Shown: positions 26,483 to 36,661, numbered from the stretch's first letter. The stretch is 38,901 bases of DNA from Candidatus Parcubacteria bacterium (GCA_026004535.1 BPJI01000001.1:390523-429423); one strand, 5' to 3'. The notes: a model not told the origin generated them from the letters alone. Numbers and translations are program-made.

Positions 26483-28165
26483 ATGAAAATCAAAAAACTT
26501 AAAACCGATGGATTAATAATTTTCTTTTTTATTTTGATAGTTGTTGTTTCTTTTTCTCTTTTGATTTTAAAATTTTATCAACTCCAAATTGTTAAAGCAG
26601 TAGCTAATAACAATCTAAGCAAACTAATAAAAATTCCTCCTTTGCGTGGAAATATTTATTTAAAAGATAAAGATGGCAATTTATTTTTAGCGGCGACTAG
26701 TTATTATCTTTATGATTTATATTTTTATCCACCCAAAGCAAAAAACATCGAAGAAGAAATAAAAACAATCAGTCAATATGTTGATATCCTAAATCCATAT
26801 ATTGAAGAATTGAAAAAGTCTCAAAAAAGTTTTTTATTGGCAAAAAATTTAACAAATGAAGAAAAGAAAAAAATTGAAAATTTAAAATACGATTCTGTTT
26901 TCTTTGAGGAAAAAGTCTATCGTGATTATCCTTTAAAAGATCTTTTAGGAACAATAATTGGTTTTACTCGTTTTAACGAAGAAACAGGACTCTTAGAAGG
27001 ACAATATGGTTTAGAAAAATATTATGACGAGCTTTTAAAAGGAGAGGTTGGTTATCGAAATAATTTACAAATAATTAAAAATCCTAAAAAAGGTGCTGAT
27101 CTTGTTTTAAATCTCGATTACTATATTCAAAGAAAAATAACCGAAATTTTAAAGGAAGCAGTTAATAATTTCTATGCTGCTGGTGGTTTAATTATTGTTG
27201 CTGAAACTAAAACTGGCAATATTTTAGGCGTGGCTGAATTGCCTAATTATGATCCTAACAACTTTTATCAACAAAAAGATTACTCAATTTTTATATCTCG
27301 TTTAAGCAAAAATTATGAACCAGGTTCAGTGATGAAACCATTTTTTTATGCTGGTGCTTTTCAAGAAAATTTAATTAAACCAGAAGATACTTATGAAGAT
27401 AAAGGCTATGTAGTATTAAATAATTGGAAAATTGAAAATTTTGATAAAAAGGGAAGAGGGGTTATTGATTTTAAAACTGCTTTAGAGCAATCATTAAATA
27501 CTGGTTCTGTTTATATTTCTCAACTTTTAGGTAAAATAAGATTTTTAAAATATATTGAAGCCTTTCGCTTAAATAACAAGGCTGAAGTTGATTTCCCAAT
27601 TTTAGAAGAACCCAATTTTAAGAACTTAAAAGATCCAGGAAAGGAAGTAAATTTTGGTACAGCAAGTTTTGGTCAAGGTATTGCTTTATCGCCCTTGAGT
27701 TTAATTCAGAGTTTCAATGCTTTTAGCAATCAGGGCAAAATTATCAAATTAAATTTTGTCAGTCAGATTATTTATCCTGATAACACTTTCAAACAAACTC
27801 AACCCCAAATTATTGCCCGAGTCTTAAACCAAAAATCATTAGAAACAATAGTGCCAATTTTAGAAGGAGTTGTTGAAAATCAAGCTAAAAAAGCAAAAAT
27901 TCTAGGATTTAGAATTGCCGGTAAAACTGGTTCGGCTTTAATTCCGGCAGCTAAAGAAACTCCCGAAAAACCATCTGGTTATACTAATGATGTAATTACA
28001 ACTTTTATAGGTTTTTTGACCGTTTCTAATCCTCAATATATTGTTTTAGTTAGATTAGATAAGCCAGCCAAAGGACTTTTAGCTTTTGGAACAGCCGCAC
28101 CAACATTTAAAAAAGTCGCTGAATTTTTAATTAATTATTATAATATTGAACCAGATAAATTATAA
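26483..28165 (+). CDS. ftsI: Class B penicillin-binding protein (FtsI-like)
   Basis: TM anchor, RGNI, GLEKYYD, EPGSVMK, SLN, KTG; dcw position. Confidence 0.88.
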   Translation: MKIKKLKTDGLIIFFFILIVVVSFSLLILKFYQLQIVKAVANNNLSKLIKIPPLRGNIYLKDKDGNLFLAATSYYLYDLYFYPPKAKNIEEEIKTISQYVDILNPYIEELKKSQKSFLLAKNLTNEEKKKIENLKYDSVFFEEKVYRDYPLKDLLGTIIGFTRFNEETGLLEGQYGLEKYYDELLKGEVGYRNNLQIIKNPKKGADLVLNLDYYIQRKITEILKEAVNNFYAAGGLIIVAETKTGNILGVAELPNYDPNNFYQQKDYSIFISRLSKNYEPGSVMKPFFYAGAFQENLIKPEDTYEDKGYVVLNNWKIENFDKKGRGVIDFKTALEQSLNTGSVYISQLLGKIRFLKYIEAFRLNNKAEVDFPILEEPNFKNLKDPGKEVNFGTASFGQGIALSPLSLIQSFNAFSNQGKIIKLNFVSQIIYPDNTFKQTQPQIIARVLNQKSLETIVPILEGVVENQAKKAKILGFRIAGKTGSALIPAAKETPEKPSGYTNDVITTFIGFLTVSNPQYIVLVRLDKPAKGLLAFGTAAPTFKKVAEFLINYYNIEPDKL

Positions 28166-28167
28166 TT

Positions 28168-28635
28168 ATGATAATGAAAATTTTTATAGGCGCTGATCAT
28201 CGAGGTTTTGAATTAAAGGAATATTTAAAAGAAAAATTAAAAGAGAATAATTACCACGTTGAGGACCTTGGTAATTTTGTTTATGATCCAAATGATGATT
28301 ACCCAGATTTTGCTCTTGAAGTCGGAGAAAGAGTTGCTTCAGAGAAGGGAAATGTTGGAATTTTGATTTGTGGTTCAGGTGCTGGCGTTTGTTTTACTGT
28401 CAATAAAGTTAAAGGAATAAGAGGATCATTGGCTTTCAATTCTGAAATGGCAAAAAAGATGAAAGCAGATGATGATATAAATGTTTTATGTTTGGCAAGT
28501 GATTTTATAGATGAAGAAAATGCTTGGGAAATTGTTAAGGCTTTCTTAGAAACAAAATTCAAAAACGAAGAAAAATATTTAAGAAGAATTAAAAAAGTTA
28601 ATGAATATGAAAATAAAAATTATACCGGCGATTAA
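28168..28635 (+). CDS. rpiB: Ribose-5-phosphate isomerase B
   Basis: GADHRG, DDYPD, ICGSGAG, NKVKGIR. Confidence 0.92.
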   Translation: MIMKIFIGADHRGFELKEYLKEKLKENNYHVEDLGNFVYDPNDDYPDFALEVGERVASEKGNVGILICGSGAGVCFTVNKVKGIRGSLAFNSEMAKKMKADDDINVLCLASDFIDEENAWEIVKAFLETKFKNEEKYLRRIKKVNEYENKNYTGD

Positions 28636-29293
28636 TGCTCAAAGTTTTGAGGAGATAAAAGAAAAATTAGATTTATTAAAAGATCTAGTTGATCATTTTC
28701 ATTTAGATGTTGCGAGTTTGGAATTTACTGGTTATCAAACTTGGCAAAATCCTGAAGATTTAGATAAAATACAGAACTATGAAGAACTTACGCAGAACTT
28801 ACTGAAAAATAAAATAACTTTTGATCTTCATTTAATGATATCTTTAAAGCCTCAAGAAATTTTAAAGTGGAATAAAGAAAATGTAAAAACTTTTATTTTA
28901 CATTTAGAAGCAAGTCCTAATCCTGATAGCTTATTGAAAATGGCAAAAAAGACAAAAAAGAAAATTTTTATAGCTTGGTCACCAACGGTTGAATTTGAAT
29001 TTATTGAAAAATATTTAAATTACATTGATGGTGTTTTAATATTAGGCGTTAATCCCGGTAGAGCAGGGCAGGAGTTTTTAGAAGAAACTTATAATAGAAT
29101 TAACCAGCTTCAAAGCTTATTAGCTTCTCAGCGAAAATTGAACAAAATTAAATTAATGATTGATGGAGGAGTTAATGAAGAAAATTTTAAGAAAATTTTA
29201 AGTTATAAACCAGATTTTATTGTCATGGCAAGTGCTATTTATAATTCCCCTAATCCCAAAGAAACTTATTTAAAATTTAAAAATATGGTATAA
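28607..29293 (+). CDS. rpe: Ribulose-phosphate 3-epimerase
   Basis: IIPAI, HLDV, DLHLM, VNPGRAGQ, IDGGVN; alternative start 28601. Confidence 0.88.
   Translation: MKIKIIPAINAQSFEEIKEKLDLLKDLVDHFHLDVASLEFTGYQTWQNPEDLDKIQNYEELTQNLLKNKITFDLHLMISLKPQEILKWNKENVKTFILHLEASPNPDSLLKMAKKTKKKIFIAWSPTVEFEFIEKYLNYIDGVLILGVNPGRAGQEFLEETYNRINQLQSLLASQRKLNKIKLMIDGGVNEENFKKILSYKPDFIVMASAIYNSPNPKETYLKFKNMV
28771..28806 (+). repeat. CAGAAC-family half element, in frame inside rpe
   Basis: acagaactatgaagaacttacgcagaacttactgaa, read as QNYEELTQNLLK. Confidence 0.65.
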
Positions 29294-29312
29294 ATTGTAA
29301 TAAAGATAAAAA

Positions 29313-29477
29313 TACCCGGATCGGCACCGGATACATTACCTCGATAGCTTACCGGATATATCCTGTTAATATCCGGGCAGTTCCATCCGGTTTATATCCG
29401 GGTAACTTATCCGGTAAAATCCGTGTAGTATTATCCGGTTTAAATCCGGGTAGTATTATCTAGTTTAAATCCGTGTA
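29313..29477. repeat. CCGGAT-family fold-back element (copy 4)
   Basis: tacccggat/accggat units then atccggt/atccgggta units ending shortly before the pcm ATG. Confidence 0.9.
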
Positions 29478-29484
29478 AATATAT

Positions 29485-30108
29485 ATGATCCAAAACAATC
29501 AAGAATTAGTCAAATATTTAATTGAAGAAAAAAAAGTTTTGAAAACAAAGGAAATTATTGATGCTTTTTTGAAAATTGATCGGCAAGATTTTGTCAGGGA
29601 AGAATATTTAACTGAAGCTTATAATGATTATCCTTTGCCTATCGGCTACGGACAAACAATTTCTCAACCTTTTACTGTTGCTTTTATGTTAGAGCTTTTA
29701 CAACCTCAAAAGGATAATAAAATTTTAGATATTGGCTTTGGTTCTGGTTGGACAACTTGTTTATTGGCTGAAATTTCTCAAAATAAAGTTTATGCAATTG
29801 AAGTCGTACCTGAGGTTTTTGAATTTGGCAAGAAAAATATTGAAAAATATAATTTTTTTAAAGAGGGTGTTATTGAGGTTTTTTTAATGGATGGTTCTAA
29901 GGGATTTTTAGAAAAAGCGCCTTTTGACAGAATTTTAGTTAGTGCTGCAGCTAAAAAAATTCCCGAAGAATTGATTCAACAATTAAACGAAAATGGTGTT
30001 TTGGTCATTCCTGATTTTGAAGGTATCTATAAAATTAAAAAATTTAATGGTAAAATTGAAAAAGAATATTATTATGGGTTTATCTTTGTGTCTTTAGTTT
30101 CAAAATGA
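29485..30108 (+). CDS. pcm: Protein-L-isoaspartate O-methyltransferase
   Basis: AYNDYPLPIGYGQTISQP, LDIGFGSGW, APFDRILVSAAA. Confidence 0.93.
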   Translation: MIQNNQELVKYLIEEKKVLKTKEIIDAFLKIDRQDFVREEYLTEAYNDYPLPIGYGQTISQPFTVAFMLELLQPQKDNKILDIGFGSGWTTCLLAEISQNKVYAIEVVPEVFEFGKKNIEKYNFFKEGVIEVFLMDGSKGFLEKAPFDRILVSAAAKKIPEELIQQLNENGVLVIPDFEGIYKIKKFNGKIEKEYYYGFIFVSLVSK

Positions 30109-30746
30109 ATAAAGAATTCTCTTGTGTGATACCTGCTTACAATGAGGAAGGAAGAATAGGTAATGTTGTAAGGGTGGCAAAGCGACATCCGTTAATTAAA
30201 GAAGTTATCGTAGTTTCTGATGGTTCAATAGATAGAACTGTTGAGGAAGCAAGACTTAATGGTGCCGATAAAGTAATTGAATTAAAGAAAAATATTGGTA
30301 AAGGCGGAGCTGTTTTTATTGGTTCAAATTTAGCTAAATCAGATTGGATACTTTTATTAGATGGTGACCTGATAGGAATTGAGCAAAAGCACATCGATCT
30401 ACTTTTAGAGCCAATTTTATCTGATAGAGCAGATATGACTATTGGTGTTTTAATCGACGAGCCATTAATTAAGATTTTTCCGGTAATTTCGGGTCAGAGA
30501 GTAGTCAAACGAGAATTAATTATTAAACACCCTGAATTAAAAGAAAGTCGTTTCCAATTAGAACTTCTCTTAAATAAATATGCCAAACAATTAGATTATA
30601 GAATCATTAATGTAAATTTACCAAATCTTAGTCATGTCAAAAAAGAACAGAAATATAACTTCTTAACTGTTTTGTCGCAAAGACTCTATTCATCTTCCGG
30701 TTACCTTCTTTATTTTTTTAAGAAAATAAAGACTTTAATAAAATGA
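30105..30746 (+). CDS. Glycosyltransferase family 2
   Basis: VIPAYNEE, VSDGSID, GKGGA, LDGD. Confidence 0.9.
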   Translation: MNKEFSCVIPAYNEEGRIGNVVRVAKRHPLIKEVIVVSDGSIDRTVEEARLNGADKVIELKKNIGKGGAVFIGSNLAKSDWILLLDGDLIGIEQKHIDLLLEPILSDRADMTIGVLIDEPLIKIFPVISGQRVVKRELIIKHPELKESRFQLELLLNKYAKQLDYRIINVNLPNLSHVKKEQKYNFLTVLSQRLYSSSGYLLYFFKKIKTLIK

Positions 30747-32542
30747 CACCATTTTTAGAATTAACAATTATTTTTCTTTTTACTGCTTTGATCGCTTTTC
30801 TTTTCCGTCTTTTAAAACAGCCATTAATTATTAGCTATATTTTTGCTGGTCTAATCTTAAGTAATTATTTATTTAAATTTACCGAAACTAAAGCTTTAAT
30901 TGAAATATTTAGTGATTTAGGTATTGCTTTTTTGCTTTTTATTGTTGGTTTAGAACTTAAGTTAAATTCTTTAAGAGAAATTGGCCGTCAAGCAATTATT
31001 ATCGGTACTCTTCAAGAAATTTTTACCATCATAGCTGGGTTTTTGATTGCTAAGATTTTAGGTTTTGGTACCACTCCAGCTTTATATTTAGGAGCAGCAC
31101 TTTCATTTTCAAGCACGATTATTATGGTAAAATTAATTTCTGATAAGGGTGATATTGAAAAATTATATGGAAAATTAGCAATTGGTTTTTTGCTCGTTCA
31201 AGATTTAATTACAATCTTAATTTTGTTTTTGCTCCCATTTTTTAAAAAAGAAATTTTTAGCCAAGAAGCTTTTTTGCAATTATCTTTAGGCTTAATCGCT
31301 ATTCCTTTAATTCCTTATTTAGCTTATAGATTCCTACCGCGAATAGAAAAATTTTTAACTCGATCAGAGGAATTTTTATTTTTATTTGCTCTTGCTTTTG
31401 GTTTGGGTATTAGTTCCTTATTTAAATATTTAGGTTTGGGAATTGAAGCTGGTGCTTTGATAGCTGGTATTAGTCTTTCTAATTTAATTAGTTCAACTGA
31501 GATTGCCTCTAAATTAAAACCCCTGAGAGATTTCTTTTTAATTTTGTTTTTCATTTTAATTGGTTCGAAAATTTTTATTTTTCATTTTGATCAATATTTA
31601 TGGCAGGTTATAGTTTTGTCTTTGTTTGTTCTAATTGGTAATCCGTTGATTATGCTTTTGCTGCTCGGCCTTTTAGGTTATAAAAGCAGAACTTCTTTTC
31701 TTTTGGGTTTAACTTCAGCTCAGATTAGTGAATTTTCATTTATTTTAATTAGTTTAGGTATTAAATTTGGTCATTTATCAGAAGAAATTTTGTCAATTAC
31801 TGCTCTAGTTGGTTTAATTACAATTTTTCTCTCAACCTATTTTTTTGCTTATGCTGAAAAAATTTATCTTTTGTTAGAAAGATATCTTAAGATTTTTGAA
31901 AGAAAAAAAACAAGAGAGGAAAAAGAAGAAATCCCCAGTTATGAGGTGATATTATTTGGCTGTGATCGAATTGGTTATAGTTTTTTGAATGTTTTGAGAC
32001 CACGGATTAACACGGATTTAAGAACGAATCAACACGGATTATTTAAACCACGGATTGAGATGGATAAAAATAGATCACGGATTAACGCGGATGTAGGAAC
32101 AGATAAACGTGGATTAGCAATTAAAAATTTTCTGATTGTTGACTATAATTTCGAATTGATTAAAAAATTAAAAAAAGAGGGGTTTAATGTTATTTATGGA
32201 GATGCTGAGGAAATTGATTTTTTGCAAAGCTTAAATTTAACAAAGACAAAATTAATTATTTCAACTATACCCGATTTTGAGACTAATTTATTAATCTTGC
32301 AAGAGTATAAAAAAGAAAATCCTGAAGGAATTTTTATAGCTACTGCTTATCGACTCAATGATGCTTTGGATCTATATAAAAATAATGCTGATTACGTAAT
32401 AATGCCACATTTTCTTGGCGGAGAATTTGCCAGTAATATTATTGAAAAATTTGGTTTCAATAAAGATGAATATTTGAAACTAAAAGAAAAATCAATAGCC
32501 CATATCCAACAAAGATACCGACTTGGACATGAACATCCATAA
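30743..32542 (+). CDS. Kef-type (CPA2) cation:proton antiporter with C-terminal RCK domain
   Basis: Multiple TM helices, LLFIVGLE, FSSTII, LVQD, QISEF; GCDRIG and IYGDA in the RCK domain. Confidence 0.92.
   Translation: MTPFLELTIIFLFTALIAFLFRLLKQPLIISYIFAGLILSNYLFKFTETKALIEIFSDLGIAFLLFIVGLELKLNSLREIGRQAIIIGTLQEIFTIIAGFLIAKILGFGTTPALYLGAALSFSSTIIMVKLISDKGDIEKLYGKLAIGFLLVQDLITILILFLLPFFKKEIFSQEAFLQLSLGLIAIPLIPYLAYRFLPRIEKFLTRSEEFLFLFALAFGLGISSLFKYLGLGIEAGALIAGISLSNLISSTEIASKLKPLRDFFLILFFILIGSKIFIFHFDQYLWQVIVLSLFVLIGNPLIMLLLLGLLGYKSRTSFLLGLTSAQISEFSFILISLGIKFGHLSEEILSITALVGLITIFLSTYFFAYAEKIYLLLERYLKIFERKKTREEKEEIPSYEVILFGCDRIGYSFLNVLRPRINTDLRTNQHGLFKPRIEMDKNRSRINADVGTDKRGLAIKNFLIVDYNFELIKKLKKEGFNVIYGDAEEIDFLQSLNLTKTKLIISTIPDFETNLLILQEYKKENPEGIFIATAYRLNDALDLYKNNADYVIMPHFLGGEFASNIIEKFGFNKDEYLKLKEKSIAHIQQRYRLGHEHP
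32000..32115 (+). repeat. CACGGAT-family half element, in frame inside the RCK domain
   Basis: ccacggattaacacggatt, aacacggatt, ccacggatt, tcacggattaacgcggat; read as PRINTDL...PRI...SRINAD. Confidence 0.85.
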
Positions 32543-32561
32543 GGTGTTATAATTTAACTAT

Positions 32562-32649
32562 GGAGGGGTGGCCGAGTGGTTAAGGCAAGGTCCTGCTAAG
32601 ACCTGCCCGGTTAAAAGCTGGGCCGTGGGTTCGAATCCCACCCCCTCCG
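32562..32649 (+). tRNA. tRNA-Ser(GCT)
   Basis: ggagggg/cccctcc acceptor, aggtc-ct-GCT-aa-gacct anticodon arm, long variable arm, G73; no CCA. Confidence 0.95.
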
Positions 32650-32878
32650 TACGCAAGCATATAAAAATGAGCGAATGAATATAAAGCAAGGCAAACAAGG
32701 GGTGGTTTCGAATACGGTAATATCCAAGTCGATTATACAAAACAAATTTTTTTTATTTCATCATTGATAATTAGTTAAAGATTGTTTAATTGCTGTGGCA
32801 TTCAGCCACACGACACAGCAGACAAATAAAGAACATGGAGTTTATCGTTTTCGAATCCCACCCACTCCGCATTCGCCC
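32650..32878. mobile_element. tRNA-anchored mini-element ending in a duplicate of the tRNA-Ser 3' end
   Basis: Inverted tRNA 3' copy at 32698-32712; direct copy 32850-32869 matches 32630-32649 at 19 of 20; shares a 30-nt block with the tRNA-Tyr element. Confidence 0.65.
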
Positions 32879-32928
32879 TATGTAGCACAAACGAAGAAGG
32901 TCATGTGAATTTTTAAAGAAATATTTTT

Positions 32929-34362
32929 ATGAATAACTTAATTCCTAAAATTGGGTTAGAGATTCATTTAGAGTTAGGTACTAAAACAAAACTTTTTTGT
33001 GCTTGTAAAAACGATCCTGAAGAAACTGAACCTAATAAAAATATTTGTCCTATTTGTACTGGTCAGCCAGGGGTTTTACCTGTTTTGAATAAACAAGCAG
33101 TGATTTATGCTTATTCGTTGGCTAAAGCTTTGAAAATGAAAATCAATCAAAAAAGTTTATTTGCTCGTAAACATTACTTTTATCCTGATCTGCCAAAAAA
33201 TTATCAAATTTCTCAATACGAACATCCTTTGGCAGTTGAAGGTGAAGTTTTGGTTATTCGGGAAAATTTTAGAAAAAAAGTCCGAATTCGCAGGCTTCAT
33301 TTAGAAGAAGATACAGCCAGCAATATTCATTTTGCTAATTATAGTTTGATTGATTTTAATCGCTCGGGTATTCCTTTAGTTGAAATTGTAACTGAACCGG
33401 AGTTAAATTCGGCTGAAGAAGTTGAAGCTTTTGCCGAAGATCTGGTTCTTTTAATTAGATATTTAAAAATTTCTGATGCTTCAGCCGAAAAGGGCCAGAT
33501 AAGGTTTGAAGCTAATATTTCTTTGGGCAAAGGTGAGGAATTAGGTACAAAAGTTGAAATTAAAAATATCGCCAAAATAAAATCTTTAAAGAATGCTGTT
33601 TTAACCGAAATTGAGAGACAAAAAGATTTAATTAGCAAAGGAGAAAAAATTATTCAAGAAACAAGAGGTTACGATGAAATTAAAAATATAACTTTTACCC
33701 AAAGAGCTAAAGAATTTGAAGAAGATTATCGTTATTTTCCTGAACCTGATTTACCACCTTTAATTATCGATCAAGAAATAGAAAATTCCGCTGTTTATGT
33801 TGAAACACCTTGGGATAAAAGATTGAGATTAGAAAAAGAATATAATTTAGATTATCAAACAATCATTTTATTGACTCAAAATCCATTTTTATCTCATTTC
33901 TTTGAAGAAAGTTTTTCTGAGCTTTATAAATTTACTTCCAATTTTGAAGAAACAAAAAAATTAATTGTTAATTTTATGATCAATGATTTACTTGGGCTTT
34001 TGAGTAAATTTAGGGTTGAATTGAGTGAAAAAATAATCCATCCTCATGAATTTGCTCATCTTTTATTTAATTTTTATCAAGAAAAAATCTCGTCTAAGGT
34101 TGTCAAGGAGGCGTTAGAAAAAACTATTAAAGGAGAGGGAATGATAGAAGATATTATTAAAGAAAAAGAAAAAATCAGTGATGCTCAGGTTTTAAGTAAT
34201 ATTATCGATGAAGTTATAAAGGAGAATCAAAAAATCGTTCAAGACTACTTAGCCGGTAAGGATAAATCTTTGGAATTTCTAATTGGCGAAGTGATGAAAA
34301 AAACTAAGGGCAGAGCAGATCCAAAATTAACTAGAGAAATTTTAATAGATGCACTACGATAA
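32929..34362 (+). CDS. gatB: Asp/Glu-tRNA amidotransferase subunit B
   Basis: [52 protein letters not shown]. Confidence 0.97.
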   Translation: MNNLIPKIGLEIHLELGTKTKLFCACKNDPEETEPNKNICPICTGQPGVLPVLNKQAVIYAYSLAKALKMKINQKSLFARKHYFYPDLPKNYQISQYEHPLAVEGEVLVIRENFRKKVRIRRLHLEEDTASNIHFANYSLIDFNRSGIPLVEIVTEPELNSAEEVEAFAEDLVLLIRYLKISDASAEKGQIRFEANISLGKGEELGTKVEIKNIAKIKSLKNAVLTEIERQKDLISKGEKIIQETRGYDEIKNITFTQRAKEFEEDYRYFPEPDLPPLIIDQEIENSAVYVETPWDKRLRLEKEYNLDYQTIILLTQNPFLSHFFEESFSELYKFTSNFEETKKLIVNFMINDLLGLLSKFRVELSEKIIHPHEFAHLLFNFYQEKISSKVVKEALEKTIKGEGMIEDIIKEKEKISDAQVLSNIIDEVIKENQKIVQDYLAGKDKSLEFLIGEVMKKTKGRADPKLTREILIDALR

Positions 34363-35065
34363 CAATCCTGCAATTTTAAATATTTATTCAGGAGTGGGAG
34401 GTAAAGATGCTGAAGATTGGGTTGGAATTTTAAAAAGAATGTATGAAAAATTTTTTAAAAGAAAAAATTGGAAATTTATTTTAGTTGATGAAGATCCTAA
34501 TGAATTTGGAGGTTATAAATTTGTCAGCTTTCAAATTAATACCCCTGGTGCTTATGGTGTTTTAAAAAATGAAAAAGGAGTTCATCGATTAGTGAGAATT
34601 TCGCCCTTTTCGGCCAAAAGATTAAGACATACAAGTTTTGCTTATGTCGATGTTTTGCCTTTAATTGAAAAACCTCAATTTAAAATAGATGAAAAAGATT
34701 TGGAAATTCAAACTTTTCGGGCTGGTGGTCGAGGTGGTCAAAATGTTAATAAGGTTGAAACAGCAGTAAGGCTTATTTATAAACCTTTAAATTTAGTTGT
34801 AACTTGTCAAAGTGAAAGATCTCAATTTCGTAATAAAGAAATTGCTTTAAGTATTTTATACTCTAAAATTCAAAATTTATTAGAAGAAAAGCGCAAAAAA
34901 GAAATTGCCGAACTTAAAGGTGAAAAAATTGAAATTGGTTGGGGCAATCAAATTAGGTCTTATGTTCTTGATCCTTATAAATTAGTTAAAGATTTAAAAA
35001 CGGGCAAAGAAACAAACAAGATTGAGGAGGTTTTAGATGGCAAGTTAGAATTAATCATGGTATAA
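34349..35065 (+). CDS. prfB: Peptide chain release factor 2, lacking the N-terminal domain
   Basis: [33 protein letters not shown]; upstream of ftsEX; only 238 aa. Confidence 0.88.
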   Translation: MHYDNNPAILNIYSGVGGKDAEDWVGILKRMYEKFFKRKNWKFILVDEDPNEFGGYKFVSFQINTPGAYGVLKNEKGVHRLVRISPFSAKRLRHTSFAYVDVLPLIEKPQFKIDEKDLEIQTFRAGGRGGQNVNKVETAVRLIYKPLNLVVTCQSERSQFRNKEIALSILYSKIQNLLEEKRKKEIAELKGEKIEIGWGNQIRSYVLDPYKLVKDLKTGKETNKIEEVLDGKLELIMV

Positions 35066-35072
35066 TTAAAAA

Positions 35073-35756
35073 ATGCTAGTCGTTAAGAACATTACTAAGA
35101 TTTATTCTCCTAATATCATTGCTTTAGATAATATTAGTTTTGAGATTAATGCTGGTGAATTTGTTTTATTAATTGGTCGTTCGGGAGCAGGGAAGACAAC
35201 TATTTTAAAAATTTTAAGACGAGAAGAGGAGCCTACTCGAGGCCAAATTTATTTTAAAAATAGAAATTTATTAGAACTTTCAAGAAGAAGATTAGGTGAA
35301 ATTAGAAGAAAAATTGCTGCTATTCATCAGGGCTTTAAACTTTTAAACAAGAAAACAGTTTACGAAAATATTGCTTTACCATTAGAAATTTTAAATAAAT
35401 CAGCTAAGGATATCAAAAATGAAGTTTACCAAGTTGCCGAAAAATTAAAAATCAAAGCTAAATTAAACCAATTAGTTGAAACTTTATCTGGTGGTGAAAA
35501 ACAAAAAGTATGTTTAGCTAGATGTTTAGTGGCTAAGCCAGAAATTATTCTAGCTGATGAACCAACGGGTAATCTCGATCCAATTGCAACTTATGAAATT
35601 ATCAATATTCTTAAAGAGATAAATAAAGAGGGAATAAGTATTATTTTAGCAACTCATAGTAGGGAAATTGTTGAAAGTTTAAAAACAAGGACCTTAACTT
35701 TAAATGATGGTCGTTTGATTAGAGACGAAAATCCTGGTAAATATACTTTGGTATAA
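35073..35756 (+). CDS. ftsE: Cell division ATP-binding protein FtsE
   Basis: GRSGAGKT, LSGGE, ADEPTGNLDP; followed by ftsX. Confidence 0.92.
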   Translation: MLVVKNITKIYSPNIIALDNISFEINAGEFVLLIGRSGAGKTTILKILRREEEPTRGQIYFKNRNLLELSRRRLGEIRRKIAAIHQGFKLLNKKTVYENIALPLEILNKSAKDIKNEVYQVAEKLKIKAKLNQLVETLSGGEKQKVCLARCLVAKPEIILADEPTGNLDPIATYEIINILKEINKEGISIILATHSREIVESLKTRTLTLNDGRLIRDENPGKYTLV

Positions 35757-36661
35757 TGTCTAAGCTGAAAAAAATTTTAAAATACGGCTATGATTTATTT
35801 TGGCAGGAAAAAATTATTTCTTTAATTAATATTGGCACAACCATTTTGGTTGCTCTTTTTCTTTGGTTTGGTTTCTTGAGTTTTTATTTTTTTAATCAAA
35901 TGATTGCTTATTTACAAGAAAGATTGGATTTTTCAATTTATTTCAGGTCAAATATTAATCGTGAAGAAATTTTAAAATTACAAAAAATTTTGCAAAACTT
36001 TCCTGGAGTTAAAGAGGTTGAATTCGTACCTCAAGAAGTTGCTCTAAAAAAATTTCAACAAGAGGCAAGAGCAAACCCAGTTATTACCAGAGCCTTAAAA
36101 GAACTTCAAACTAATCCCTTAGTTGATTATCTGATTGTTCGAACTGATAATTCTGAAATTTATCCTCAAATTGCTGATTATATTGAAAAGTCTACCTATA
36201 GAGCGTATATTGATTATATTAGTTATTTTGAAAATCAAAAAGTAATTAAAAAAATTATTTCTATTTCAAATCAGACAAAATTTTTAATTTCGATTTTACT
36301 TATTGTTATTTTGATTTTTTCAGCTTTAATAATTTTTAATACTATTTTAGCTTCAATTTATTCTCAAAGAGAAGAAATTGAAGTATTAAGAATCATTGGA
36401 GCAGGGAATTGGTTTATTCGAGTCCCATTTTTTATTTATATCTTGATTTTTTCTTTCTTAGGTTATATAATTGCTTTAGGAACTTTGATACTATTTTTAA
36501 TGAAAACAGAAGACTTTTGGCCCACAATTGTTTCTAATTTTCAACCATCAATTTTTATTGCTGATAATTTTTTTGTTTTAAATGGAATTGCTTTCGGTTT
36601 AATTTTGTTAATCAATTTTGTTTCAGCTTTTATTGCCATGGAAAAATATATTAAAATATAA
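35756..36661 (+). CDS. ftsX: Cell division permease FtsX
   Basis: Four-TM topology, REEIEVLRIIGA.NWFIRVPF. Confidence 0.9.
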   Translation: MSKLKKILKYGYDLFWQEKIISLINIGTTILVALFLWFGFLSFYFFNQMIAYLQERLDFSIYFRSNINREEILKLQKILQNFPGVKEVEFVPQEVALKKFQQEARANPVITRALKELQTNPLVDYLIVRTDNSEIYPQIADYIEKSTYRAYIDYISYFENQKVIKKIISISNQTKFLISILLIVILIFSALIIFNTILASIYSQREEIEVLRIIGAGNWFIRVPFFIYILIFSFLGYIIALGTLILFLMKTEDFWPTIVSNFQPSIFIADNFFVLNGIAFGLILLINFVSAFIAMEKYIKI

